Of a stretch of DNA of 64,000 bases, positions 1 through 12,049 are shown piece by piece; position 1 is the stretch's first letter; each line of letters begins with the position of its first letter. The stretch lies in assembly GCA_026770705.1 (NCBI GenBank), contig JANJGN010000036.1, positions 5,642,001 through 5,706,000 of the forward strand, given 5' to 3'. Under the pieces are notes generated by a model. The model ran no database searches. It worked only from the letters and a program-made list of their open reading frames with translations, and was not told the origin of the DNA. A program made the position numbers and the translations under genes. Source of the DNA: Isurus oxyrinchus (lineage: Eukaryota).

Positions 1-549
1 GGCTGGGAGCTGTGTGATACTCCGACTTACATTGAAGACTTCAGATGGTTCCAAATGTCTTGGCAGAAGAGTTACCCAGGAAAAGTTAGAAGACCTAGAC
101 CCAGTACTGACTCCTCTCACCGAGCTCGTGCCGTTAAAAAGAGGGGGCAAGGCTTCCTTTCCCCCCGACTCTGCTGCACTCGACTGCAGGACGTGGGAAT
201 TTGCTGCGCTGCACTATTCTCACCCAGCCCGAGTCGGAAGGGCAGGCGAGAAAAGTGTGGCTGTATTCCAGGGTAAGCAAAAAGGAGCAGAGCGGTAATT
301 CTACTGTGCTTGCCTCTCCTTGGAAGTCCTGGCCCTCTTAGTTTCTCAGCAGAATAATACTGTGATGACTTTAAAATACATATTAGAGACTCTCGTAAAC
401 ATGCTCTCTTGTAGCCTTCACGTTTAGGATAGAAAAATGTCTATAATTCTGTTTCCACCAATGATTATTAATTTACTTATGAAACTTAATTTAAAAAATT
501 AATATACATAAATTTAGTAATGAAAAATCAGCAAAATATTCCCTTTTCT

Positions 550-3297
550 TTCATTCATTCATGGGATGTGGGCGCCGCTGGCTGGGCCCAGCATTTATTG
601 CCCACCCCTAATTGCCCACTTGAGGAGGTGATGGGTGAGCTGCCTTCTTGAGCCGCTGCAGTCCCTGTGGTGTAGGTACACCCACCGTGCTGTTAGGGAG
701 GGAGTTCCAGGATTTGGACCCAGCGACAGTGAAGGAACGGCCGATATATTTCCAAGTCAGGATGGTGAGTGTCTCGGAGGGGAACTTCCAGGTGGTGGTG
801 TTCCCCATGTGTCTGCTGCCCTTGTCCTTCTAGATGGTAGAGGTCGTGGGTTTGGAAGGTGCTGTCTAAGGAGCCTTGGTGAGTTCCTGCAGTGCATCTT
901 GTAGATGGTACACACACTGCTGCTACTGTGCGTCGGTGGTGGAGGGAGTGAATGTTTGTGGATGGGGTGACAATCAAGCGGGGCTGCTTTGTCCTGGATG
1001 GTGTCGAGCTTCTTAAGTGTTGTAGCAGCTGCACTCATCCAGGCAAGTGGGGAGTATTCCATCACACTTCTGACTTGAGCCTTGTAGATGGTGAACAGGC
1101 TTTGGGGAGTTAGGAGGTGAGTTACTCATCATAGGATTCCCAGCCTCTGAGCTGCTCTTGTAGCCACAGAATTTATATGGCTGGTCCAGTTCAGTTTCTG
1201 GTTAATGATTACTTCCAGGATGTTGATAGTGGGGGTTTCAGTGATGGTAATACCATTAAACATCTAGTGGTGTTGGTTAGATTCTCTCTCATTGGAGATG
1301 GTCATTGTCTGGCACTTGTGTGGTGTGAATTTTACTTGCCACTTTGTCAGCCCAAGCCTGGATATTGTCCAGGTCTTGCTGCATTTGGACATGGACTGCT
1401 TCAGCATCTGAGGAGTTGCGAATGGTGCTGAACATTGTGCAATCATCAGCGAACATCCCCACTTCTGACCTTATGATGGAAGGAAGGTCATTGATGAAGC
1501 AGCTGAAGATGGTTGGGCCTAGGACACTACCCTGAGGAACATCTGCAGTGATGTCCTGGAGCTGAGCTGACTGACCTCCAACAACCACAACCATCTTCCT
1601 TTGTGCTGGGTATGATTCCAACCAGCGGAGAGTTTCCCCCCTGATTCCCAGTGACTCCAGTTTTGCTGGGGCTCCTTGATGCCACACTCGGTCAAATGCT
1701 GCCTTGATGTCAAGGGCAGTCACTCTCACCTCACTTCGGAAGTTTAGCTCCTCTGTCCATGTTTGAACCAAGGCTTAAAGAAGGTCAGGAGCTCAGTGGC
1801 CCTGGCGAATGTGGTTGGACTGCAGAGCTTAGATCTGATCCGTTGGTTGTGGGATTGCTTAGCTCTGTCTATCACTTGCTGCTTATGCTGTTTGGCATGT
1901 ATGTATGTAGTTCTGTGTTGTAGCTTCACCAGGTTGACACCTCATTTTTAGGTATGCCTGGTGCTGCTCCTGACATACCCTCCTGTACTATTCATTGAAC
2001 CAGGCTTGATCCCCTGGCTTGATGGTAATGGTAGAGTGGGGGATATGCTGGGCCATGAGGTTACAGATTGTGTTCGAGTACAACTCTGCTGCTGCTGATG
2101 GCCCACAGCACCTCATGGATGCCCAGTCTTGAGTTGCTAGATCTGTTTGAAATCGATCCCATTTAGTACAGTGATAGTGTCACACAGCACGATGGACGGT
2201 ATCCTCAGTGTGAAGGTGGGACTTTGTCTCCACAATGACTGTGGGGTGGTCACTCCTACCCATACTGTCATGGACAGATGTATCTGTGACAGGCAGGTTG
2301 GTGAGGATGGGGTTAAGTGTGTTTTTCCCTCTTGTTGGTTCCCTCACCACCTGCCGCAGACCCAGTCTAGCAGCTATGTCCTTTAGGACTCGGCCAGCTC
2401 GGTCAGTAGTGGTGCTACCGAGACTCTCTTGGTGATGGACATTGAAGTCCCCCACCCAGAGTACATTCAGTGCCCTTGTCACCCTCAGTGCTCCCTCCAA
2501 GTGGTGTTCAACATGGAGGAGCACGGATTTATCAGCTGAGGGAGGGCGGTACGTGGTCATCAGCAGGAGGTTTCCTTGCCTGTGTTTGACCTGATGCTAT
2601 GAGACTTCATGGGGTCCGGAGTTGATGTTGATGACTCACAGGGAAACCCCCTCCCAACTCTATACCCCTGTGTCACCACCTCTGCTGGGTCTGTCCTGCT
2701 GGTGGGACAGGACATACCCAGGGATGGTGATGCTGGTGTCTGGGACGTTATCTGTAAGATATGATTCCGTGAGGATGACTATGTCAGGCTGTTGCTTGAC
2801 TAGTCTGTGAGACAGCTCTCCCAATTTAGGCACTAGCCCCCAGATGTTAGTGAGGAGGACTTTGCAGGGTCGACAGGGCTGAGTTTGCCGTAGTTGTTTC
2901 CGGTGCCCAGGTTGATGCCGGGTGATCTGTCCGGTTTCATCCCTTTGTTGTGTCTTTGAAGCAGTTTGATACAACTGAGGGTCTGGCTCGGACATTTCAG
3001 TGGGGGGGGCAGTTTAAGAGTCAACCACATGGCTGTGAGGTCTGGAGTCACGTGTAGGCCAGACCGGGTAAGGAGGGCAGATTTCCTTCCCTAAAGGGAC
3101 ATTAGTGACCCAGATGGGTTTTCACAAAAATCGACAATGGTTTCATGGACATCATTGGACTGTTAATTCCAGATTTTAATTGAATTCAAATTTCACCATC
3201 TGCCATGGTGGGATTCAAACTCAGGCCCCCAGGGCCTTACCCTGGGTCTCTGAGATTACTAGTCCAGGGACAATATCACTACGCCATCGTCTCCCCC
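550..3297 (-). mobile_element. Decayed CR1/L2-group LINE (APE + RT fragments) with a tRNA-like 5' head
   Basis: APE fragments (QQPDIVILTESYL; WVGDFNVHH; SDH) and RT fragments (ALDIKAAFDRVWH; VPQGSVLGP; MFADD); frameshifted, internally deleted. Confidence 0.9.
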
Positions 3298-4547
3298 TAA
3301 CGTTCCCATTAATTCTGATGATTATTTTCGCAGTGGCAAGCGAAAACAAGTGGGATTGGCCTGTATTAACAGGATCCAAGCCGGTTGGTGCAGCAGAAAC
3401 TAAGAGCTTTCCTTTGTTTTTTTTAACTTGTTCAGTCTCTCAGCTCTCCTCCCATCTACCCAGTGTCCCAGCTATCCCCTATTTATATGTGCTCAAGTAC
3501 TCATCACCCTGTTTCCCTTAACCATAAGACCATAAGACATAGGAGCAGAAATTAGGCCATTCGGCCCATCGAGTCTGCTCTGCCGTTCAATCATGGCTGA
3601 TAAGTTTCTCAACCCCATTCTCCTGCCTTCTCCCAATAACGTTTGATCCCCTTACCAATCAAGAAGCTTGCCAATGTAATTGACATTAACAAACATTAAT
3701 AATGTAATTGATAGGATATTGACACCAGTTGGTAGTCCATGGGTCCTTCACCCCGCTTGAGTGGACTGTGGAGTTAAGGTCTGAGAACCACCGCTCTCGC
3801 CTCTTCTTGTTTCTCTACGCTATTCCATTGGAGGAGAACTATCTTCCAGGCCCACGGGGAAAGGGAAGTGGAGTAGGACTAATTTGACAGCTCCTTCAAA
3901 GAGCTGGGTCTTGCCTTGGAAGGAGCTCACTGGTCTGGTTCCTGGGATGAAGGGATTGTCCTGTGAGGAGAGATCGAGTAGGATTGGCCTATATTCCCCG
4001 GAATTTCGAAGAACGGGTGGTTATCTACTTGAAGCACATAAAATCCTTAGAGGGTTTGACAACGTAGATGCTGAGAGGTTGCTTCCCCCTGGCTTAGAAC
4101 GAGGGAGTGTCACAGTCTCAGGATAAGGGGTTGGCCTTTTGGCACTAAAATGAAAAGAAATCTCTTCACTCAGGGGATGATGAACCTTTGGAGAGAGCTG
4201 CGGTATCCAAAAATCGATAGAATACTGGAAGAATTAAGGGATATGGGGGGCCGTGGGGATGGTGGTGTTGAGGTAGAACAGCAGCCATGATGTTATTGAA
4301 CAGCGGAGCAGGCACGTGGAGCTGAATGGCCTCCTCCTGTGCTTATTTCTTATGTTCTCCTGACAGGCGCGATGGGCTGAATGGCCACCCTAGAGTGCTG
4401 CATTATTCCAAAGATTCCATGAGTGTTAAAGACAAGGTGGTTTTCAAGCTGAAACCTGTAATGGGATCCAAGCAGCAACTGAAACATAAAACTAAAATAA
4501 TTTCAGCATCCTGCACCACCCACCAGCCCACCAACCCTTTTCATTAC

Positions 4548-4711
4548 CTCTGAGTCCGTTGCTGAGAGACTGCTTGGTTTCTCCAACAGAGGTGCCTGGG
4601 TCTGCGAGGCCTTGTGAAGGGAATCCACTGTGGCTCTGCGCTCGCTGTCGACAGGTGCGTTGTGTTCCTGGGGAGCGAGGGGGGTTTGAGGGAAACCGGT
4701 TCTCCACGGGC
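4548..4711 (-). CDS. TTC24: TTC24 probable coding exon 7 (QPVENRFPSNPPRSPG...SLSNGLR)
   Basis: tattgttttgggcag| acceptor and |gtaatg donor; phase 2-1, compatible with the previous exon; open frame. Confidence 0.6.
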
Positions 4712-4839
4712 CTGCCCAAAACAATAGGGAGAAGGAGGGGCAGGAGTACAGGAGGGATGACTACACAGCTTGCAAAACGTAAAGGGCAGCTTTTCTGAAC
4801 TCTCACACGCATCAGCAAATCTATTTTTTCTTTTGTCCT

Positions 4840-6002
4840 ATGGGGGGAGAAGGTGGGGGTTGAGGGATATGGGGAGATGGTGGCGGGGGGGGGGGGCACG
4901 TGGGGGTTGAGGGATATGGGGGGAAGGTGGGATTGAGAGATATGGGGAGAAGGTGAGATTGAGGGATATAGGGAGATGATGGGTAGGTGTGGATTGAGGG
5001 ATATAGGGAGAAGGTGGGTGGGTGGGGATTGAGGGATATGGGGAGGTGGGTGGTGGGGATTGGGGGATATGGGGAGAAGGTGGGTGGTGGGGATTGAGGG
5101 ATATGGGGAGGTGGGTGGTGGGGATTAAGGGATATGGGGAGGTGGGTGGTGGGGATTGAGGGATGTGGGGAGGTGAGTGGTGGGGATTGAGGGATATGGG
5201 GAGAAGGTGGGTAGTGGGGATTGAGGGATATGGGGAGGTGGGTGGTGGGGATTGGGGGAAATGGGGAGAAGATGGGTGGGTGAGGATTGAGGGATATGGG
5301 GAGGTGGGTGGGTGGGGATTGGGGGATATGGGGAGAAGGTGGGTAGTGGGGATTGAGGGATATGGGGAGGTGGGTGGTGGGGATTGAGGGATGTGGGGAG
5401 GTGAGTGGTGGGGATTGAGGGATATGGGGAGAAGGTGGGTAGTGGGGATTGGGGGAAATGGGGAGAAGGTGGGTGGTGGGGATTGAGGGATATGGGGAGG
5501 TGGGTGGTGGGGATTGGGGGAAATGGGGAGAAGATGGGTGGGTGGGGATTGAGGGATATGGGGAGGTGGGTGGGTGGGGATTGGGGGATATGGGGAGAAG
5601 GTGGGTAGTGGGGATTGAGGGATATGGGGAGGTGGGTGGTGGGGATTGAGGGATGTGGGGAGGTGAGTGGTGGGGATTGAGGGATATGGGGAGAAGGTGG
5701 GTAGTGGGGATTGGGGGAAATGGGGAGAAGGTGGGTGGTGGGGATTGAGGGAAATGGGGAGAAGGTGGGTGGGTGGGGATTGAAGGATTTGGGGAGAAGG
5801 TGGGTAGTGGGGATTGAGGGATTTGGGGAGAAGGTGGGTAGTGGGGATTGAGGGAAATTGGGATAAGGTGGGTGGTGGGGATTGAGGGATATGGGGAGAA
5901 GGTGGGTAGTGGGGATTGGGGGAAATGGGGAGAAGGTGGGTGGTGGGGATTGAGGGAAATGGGGAGAAGGTGGGTCGGTGGGAATTGAGGGATATAGGGA
6001 GA
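4840..6002. repeat. G-rich minisatellite, variable ~34-39-bp unit (ggggattgagggatatggggagaaggtgggtggt)
   Basis: Directly visible tandem array. Confidence 0.95.
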
Positions 6003-6677
6003 ATACTTTAAGAGGCTCCTTTCTTAATGGTGAATAACCAAATGGAAACACAAGAGATCTGATGATAGATGCAGCATACTCCCTGGAGAATTGCTAATGC
6101 ATTAAAAGTCACTTAAAGGAGGGATTCAGCATCTCCTCCTTCTACTGGATAAAGGGCTGATAATACAATCAGAGCAGGTGAATTGGGCCTTGTGGTAATA
6201 GCTGGGTTAATAAAGCAGAGACCCAAACTAATTCCCTGATGGATTTTAAATTCAATAAATAAATAAATTCAACATTTCAACAAAAACCTCGAATTGAGGG
6301 CTAGTTTCGGTAACAGTGCCACGACTTATCCGGAGCATAATTGGCCCCTGTGCCCCTGGGTAGATGAGGACTGATCAGATGAGGTTCTATGTAAGCACCA
6401 AAGGATCCAGCACTGGAAGAGACCGTTTGGCCCTTCCTGACTGTGCTGTCTCCTCATCCATCATGTGTGTGGGTCACAGCTAAGGATGGGATCAGAGTTG
6501 GTTTTAAGTTCTTAGAGGTGAGAGTGCTGCAGCGATTCAGTCACACTTATGCTGCTTAATTAATAACTCAAACTGTGCAAACACACACAAAATGGCCACT
6601 GACTGGGAAGTAACTGGGATTTTGGAACGTCCTCCCTCCCCCCACCCACCCATAGCGAGAGGCAATGCCGTACTTAC

Positions 6678-6775
6678 TGAAGAATTTGTTTTCGATGGCC
6701 ATTTGTATGTCCATGGGTTAGGGGGACAGCAGCCCTGAGTGGGTTTGTTCGAGGGAAACTTCCAGGTAGGTATTT
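6678..6775 (-). CDS. TTC24: TTC24 probable coding exon 6 (KYLPGSFPRTNPLRAAVPLTHGHTNGHRKQIL)
   Basis: tgttgttcacag| acceptor and |gtaagt donor; open, phase 0-2; low-complexity tail with no homology support. Confidence 0.65.
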
Positions 6776-6885
6776 CTGTGAACAACACAGAATGTTAATG
6801 ATTCAACACATCAGAAATACAGAATGGCCAGTTCAAGGCACCATTGTGTTGAGTGAGTGAAGGACCACCCTTTATAAAGCAGAGG

Positions 6886-7680
6886 AAAACTCCCTCTACA
6901 CTGTCCCCATCAAACACTCCCAGGACAGGTACAGCACAGGGTTAGATACAGAGTAAAGCTCCCTCTACACTGTCCCCATCAAAAACTCCCAGGACAGGTA
7001 CAGCACGGGGTTAGATACAGAGTAAAGCTCCCTCTACACAGTCCCCATCAAACACTCCCAGGACAGGTACAGCACGGGGTTAGATACAGAGTAAAGCTCC
7101 ATCGACACTGTCCCCATCAAACACTCCCAGGACAGATACAGCACGGGGTTAGATACAGAGTAAAGCTCCCTCTACACTGTCCCCATCAAACACTCCCAGG
7201 ACAGGTACAACACGGGGTTAGATACAGAGTAAAGCTCCCTCTACACTGTCCCCATCAAACACTCCCAGGACAGGTACAGCACGGGGTTAGATACAGAGTA
7301 AAGCTCCCTCTACACTGTTCCCATCAAACACTCCCAGGACAGGTACAGCACGGGGTTAGATACAGAGTAGAGCTCCCTCTACACTGTCCCCATCAAACAC
7401 TCCCAGGACAGGTACAGCACGGGGTTAGATACAGAGTAGAGCTCCCTCTACACTGTCCCCATCAAACACTCCCAGGACAGGTACAGCACGGGGTTAGATA
7501 CAGAGTAAAGCTCCCTCTACACTGTCCCCATCAAACACTCCCAGGACAGGTACAGCACGGGGTTAGATACAGAGTAAAGCTCCCTCTACACTGTCCCCAT
7601 CAAACACTCCCAGGACAGGTACAGCACGGGGTTAGATACAGAGTAAAGCTCCCTCTATACTGTCCCTATAAAATATTCCC
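6886..7680. repeat. 69-bp minisatellite, ~11.5 copies
   Basis: Unit aaagctccctctacactgtccccatcaaacactcccaggacaggtacagcacggggttagatacagagt. Confidence 0.95.
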
Positions 7681-7699
7681 ATGCATGAGGTGTGTCAGT

Positions 7700-9332
7700 T
7701 TGAGTGAGTTAGATATCAGACTGGGTGAGTCGGGTATCGGACTGGGTGAGTTGGATATCAGACTGGGTGAGTTGGATATTGGGCTGGATTAGTCGGGTAT
7801 CAGGCTGGATAAGTCGGGTATCGGACTGGGTGAGTCGGGTATCGGGCTGGGTGAGTTGAATATCGGACTGGGTGAGTTGGATATCGGACTGGGTGAGTTG
7901 GATATCGGACTGGGTGAGTTGGATATCGGACTGGGTGAGTTTGGATTTCGGACTCGGTGAGCTGGACGTCAGATAGTGTGAGTTGGATGTCGGACTGTTT
8001 GAGTTGGATATCAGACTGGGTGAGTTGGATATTGGGCTGGGTGAGTGGGGTATAGGGCTGGGTGAGTGGGGTATCAGGCTGGGTGAGTTGGGTATAGGGT
8101 TGGGTGAGTGGGGTATAGGGCTGGGTGAGTGGGGTCTCAGGCTGGGTGAGTGGGGTATCGGACTAGGTGAGTTGGGTATCAGGCTGGGTGAGTGGGGTAT
8201 CGGACTGGGTGAGTTGGGTATCGGGCTGAGTGAGTGGGGTATTGGACTGGGTGAGTGGGGTATTGGACTGGGTGAGTTAGGTATCGGGCTGGGTGAGTTG
8301 GTTTTCGGGCTGGGTGAGTTGGGTATCGGGCTGGGTGAGTGGGGTATCAGGCTGGGTGAGTTGGGTATCGGGCTGGGTAAGTGGGATATCAGGCTGGGTG
8401 AGTTGGGTATCAGACTGGGTGAGTGGGGTATCGGGCTAGGTGAGTTGGGTATCGCACTGGGTGGGTTGGGTATCGGGCTGGGTGAGTGGGATATCAGGCT
8501 GGGTGAGTGAGGTATCGGACTGGGTGTGTTGGGTGTCACACTGCGTGAGTTGGGTATCGGGCTGGGTGAGTGGGATAACGGGCTGGGTGAGTAGGGTATT
8601 GGGCTGGGTGAGTGGGGTATCGGACTGGGTGAGTTGGGTATAGGGCTGGGTGAGTGGGGTATAGGGCTGGGTGAGTGGTGTATCAGGCTGGGTGAGTTGG
8701 GTATCAGGCTGGGTGAGTGGGGTATCAGGCTGGGTGAGTGGGGTATCAGGCTGGGTGAGTTGGGTATCAGGCTGGGTGAGTTGGGTATCAGGCTGGGTGA
8801 GTGGGGTATCGGACTGGGTGTATTGTGTGTCAGTCTGGGTGAGTTGGATGTCGGACTGGGCAAATTGGGTGTCGGGCTGGGTGAGTGTGGTATTGAGCTG
8901 GGTGAGTTGGGTATCGGGCTGGGTGAGTGTGGTATTGGGCTGGGTGAGTTGGGTATCGGGCTGGGTGAGTGGGGTATCGGACTGGGTGAGTGGGGTATCA
9001 GACTGGGTGAGTTGGGTATCGGGCTGGGTGAGTTGGGTATCGGTCTGGGTGAGTGGGGTATCAGACTGGGTGAGTTGGGTATCAGGCTGGATGAGTGTGG
9101 TATTGGGCTGGGTGAGTTCGGTATCGGGCTGGGTAAGTGGGATATCAGGCTGGGTGAGTGGGGTATCGGACTGGGTGTGTTGGGTATCGGGCTGGGTGAG
9201 TTGGGTATCGGGCTGGGTGAGTGGGGTATCGGGCTGGGTGAGTGGGGTGTCGGACTGGGTGAGTGGAGTGTTGGACTGGGTGTGTTGGGTGTCAGTCTGG
9301 GTGAGTTCGATGTCGAACTGGGCAAGTTGGGA
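7700..9332. repeat. 21-bp minisatellite (gggctgggtgagttgggtatc), ~77 copies
   Basis: Directly visible tandem array. Confidence 0.95.
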
Positions 9333-9425
9333 CGCCCCTTTTGTAATGGATAATGACGATGAAAATGGAGAGCTGCTGGGATGGTCTCAGATGGACAGCT
9401 GCTTAAATGTGTGTAAAACACTTAC

Positions 9426-9545
9426 CAATGGCATGGCTGGAGGGATGCCCCCAGCATGAGGCAATGCGCTGTTCAGAGACAGTTTGTACTGAATGGCATC
9501 TGCCAGTTTATTCACAATCCTTTCCTGTGCTGAGCCAGTGGGTTC
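9426..9545 (-). CDS. TTC24: TTC24 coding exon 5 ([40 protein letters not shown])
   Basis: cttcctgcag| acceptor and |gtaag donor; 120 bp, phase 0-0; resembles recalled ERLVAKLAD. Absent from the ORF track. Confidence 0.85.
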
Positions 9546-10029
9546 CTGCAGGAAGTCGGAGAGGGATCCGGCATTAGTTGTGGATACTTAACGTCCCCAT
9601 GAGGTTAATCAGAGTCTAGGTTCGTGCACAGGGAGATACCCTCTGGAGGTTGTGTGGAGTGAGCCTATTCATCACCAGTAACCCAGTTCTATTGTCTCTG
9701 CATTTTAACCCTCATTCTGATCCTGTCACATCACTCACCCCATTCTGTGTCTTAGAGGGGGTGTGGCACACAGCCGACTCCTAGTCAACAACCCGTGTTA
9801 CTTAATCATTGCTAAACCCCTGGACTCATTTAAAGCTTCCATCCTGTTTGGTATTAAAATCCTCACTAATCTGCACTTGCTGACTACTCTCCCAATGCAA
9901 GGACCCTTATCCTTGTACACCTGTCTCTTCACAGCCTCTCTCCATCTCCAGCTCCCATGTGCCTCATTCAGAAGCGCTCGCTCACCTCTTGAGTCACGAG
10001 GCTGTGGGCTCATGTCCTGCTCCTGAACG

Positions 10030-10450
10030 CGGAATTAAAAGTAGGTGCTCCCAGCGCCCGTGCTGAGGCGGCGGCGGGGGGGTGGGGGGGAGTGCTGCGC
10101 TGTCTTTCAGGTGAGACGTTAAGCGGAGGTCCAATCTGCCTATTAGGGTGGATGTGGACAGTCCTATGGCAGGAAAACAGCGGGCAGAGGAGGAGGTAGC
10201 AGGGGGTGGGGGCGGGGGGTGGTGGGAGGGGAGTTCTCCCTGGTGCCCTGGGACCCCATGTTAATCCCTCGATCAACATCACTGATAAAACAGATGACCT
10301 GGGTCATTATCACATTGCTGTTTGTGGGATCTTGCTGTGCGCAAAATGGCTGCCGTGTTTCCTACATTAGAACAGTGACCACGCATCAGAAGCTGTGAAG
10401 CGCTTTGAGATGTTCTGTGGTGGTGAAAGGCGGTATATAAACATAAATCT
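10030..10450 (+). mobile_element. DeuSINE/SacSINE1-like SINE; further copies near 22200-22750, 23650-25110 (-), 25540-25910, 40760-41090 (-), 41850-42390, 42900-43310 and 60880-61050
   Basis: Recurrent core ...ccctggtg(t/c)cctgg...atccctc...gggatcttgctgtgcgcaaa.tggctgcc...gcgctttg...gaaaggcg.tatataaa (L2-type tail); family name is from memory. Confidence 0.7.
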
Positions 10451-11055
10451 TTATTTTTTTTTGATGTTCTTCTGACCTCAGGCTCCTGTGCCCCTCACCC
10501 CTATGACATCAGTGACCGGCCGTCAATTAGACTCCAATTTATCTTGTCAGGCCTGACTATGTGCCTCTGAGGTGAGAATTAACTCCAGATTTTTTGTTTA
10601 AGATCCCATGGGGTTGTTGGAAGGGGACCTCTCGCTGGTGTCCATAGAACCATAGGATAGTTATGGCACAGAAAGAGGCCATTCAGCCCATCATGTCGGT
10701 GCGGGCCGCAAAAGGAAAAAAACTGAAACCGAGCCGCCCATTCTGATGCCACCTTCCAGCACCTGATCCGAGGCCTTGCAGGTGACAGCACTTCAGGTGC
10801 TGATCCAGGTGCCTTTTACCAGGTACCAGTCCTTTAACGCCCCCAGTCCCACCACCACCACCACCAAAAGCTGGCTGTTCATCCCATTGGTCTACAGAAC
10901 TCTTGGGGAGTAAACAATGCACGGGAATCTGGAGTGTGAAGCCTGGCTGATCTCACTCGTCCCTAAGGCCTGCCTGAGATCCACCCAGGCTGGGAATGGG
11001 GCCTGGGACCTTCCTGCTCCCTCCGGCACGGCAGCTCCGACGCTGCCCGCTTTTA

Positions 11056-11346
<291 letters not shown>

Positions 11347-11410
11347 TCAACACTGTCTTCACATACAGTATAAATTGTTGCTTTCCTCTTATATCAGTAT
11401 TCTTGCGAAG

Positions 11411-11444
11411 TGTCCTGATGAGTCCAAGATGAAAAGCTTCAACA
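11411..11444 (+). ncRNA. Minimal type-I hammerhead ribozyme motif (Penelope-associated)
   Basis: UGUC-CUGAUGA-GUC caa GAU-GAAA-AGCU-UC-AACA: intact core, palindromic loop III, one stem I mismatch. Confidence 0.7.
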
Positions 11445-12049
11445 TGTCTCTTTTCTCAGCATTACTCAAGTTCTGCACTACCAAAGGACTATTTAAATCC
11501 TGTAACATTGTACCTCCTGGGGTCTGCTCTGCCCCTTTGCTGCCCTGTGCTCTGTATTCACAGGAACACGGTATTTTACTGGGGAGGAGGTCTTTCGGCC
11601 CATCATGTCTGTGCCAGCTCTTTGAAAGAGCTAATGCAACCTGTCCCTTTCCACTTACTGTTTGAATTGTCAAATATTTGTCCATTCCCCCGGTAAAAGC
11701 TGTTTTTGATCAGACACACTATGTCCTGGTGACTCTGCACAGAAACAAATCTCCTAACATGGAGTCACCAAATAAAGGCACAGAAGGCCATACGACCCAT
11801 TGAATCCATGCCAGCCCTCTGCGCAGCAATCCAGTCAGCCCCATCCCCTCATTCTATCCCCATATCCCAGCACGTTTATTCCCCTCGAGTGCCTGTCTAA
11901 TTTCCTTTTGAAATCATTCATCGTCTCCACTTCCACCAGCCTCGTGGGCAGCAAGTTCTCCCTACAGGCAATGTACTGCTCTGATGCCCTGTACTACCTC
12001 TGTATTCTTTCTGTATATGGCTGTCTGTATACCGGCCCTGTATCCCCTC

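Noticed and set aside
31-183. Further TTC24 exon (cctgcag| ... |gtaagt, open frame SSAAESGGKEALPP...)
   Set aside because: Its phase 0 start does not match the phase 1 end at 4548, no linking exon was found, and there is no homology support; left unresolved.
5125-9459. Extensin/collagen-like Pro-Ser or Gly-rich ORFs
   Set aside because: Translations of minisatellites with no supporting gene structure.
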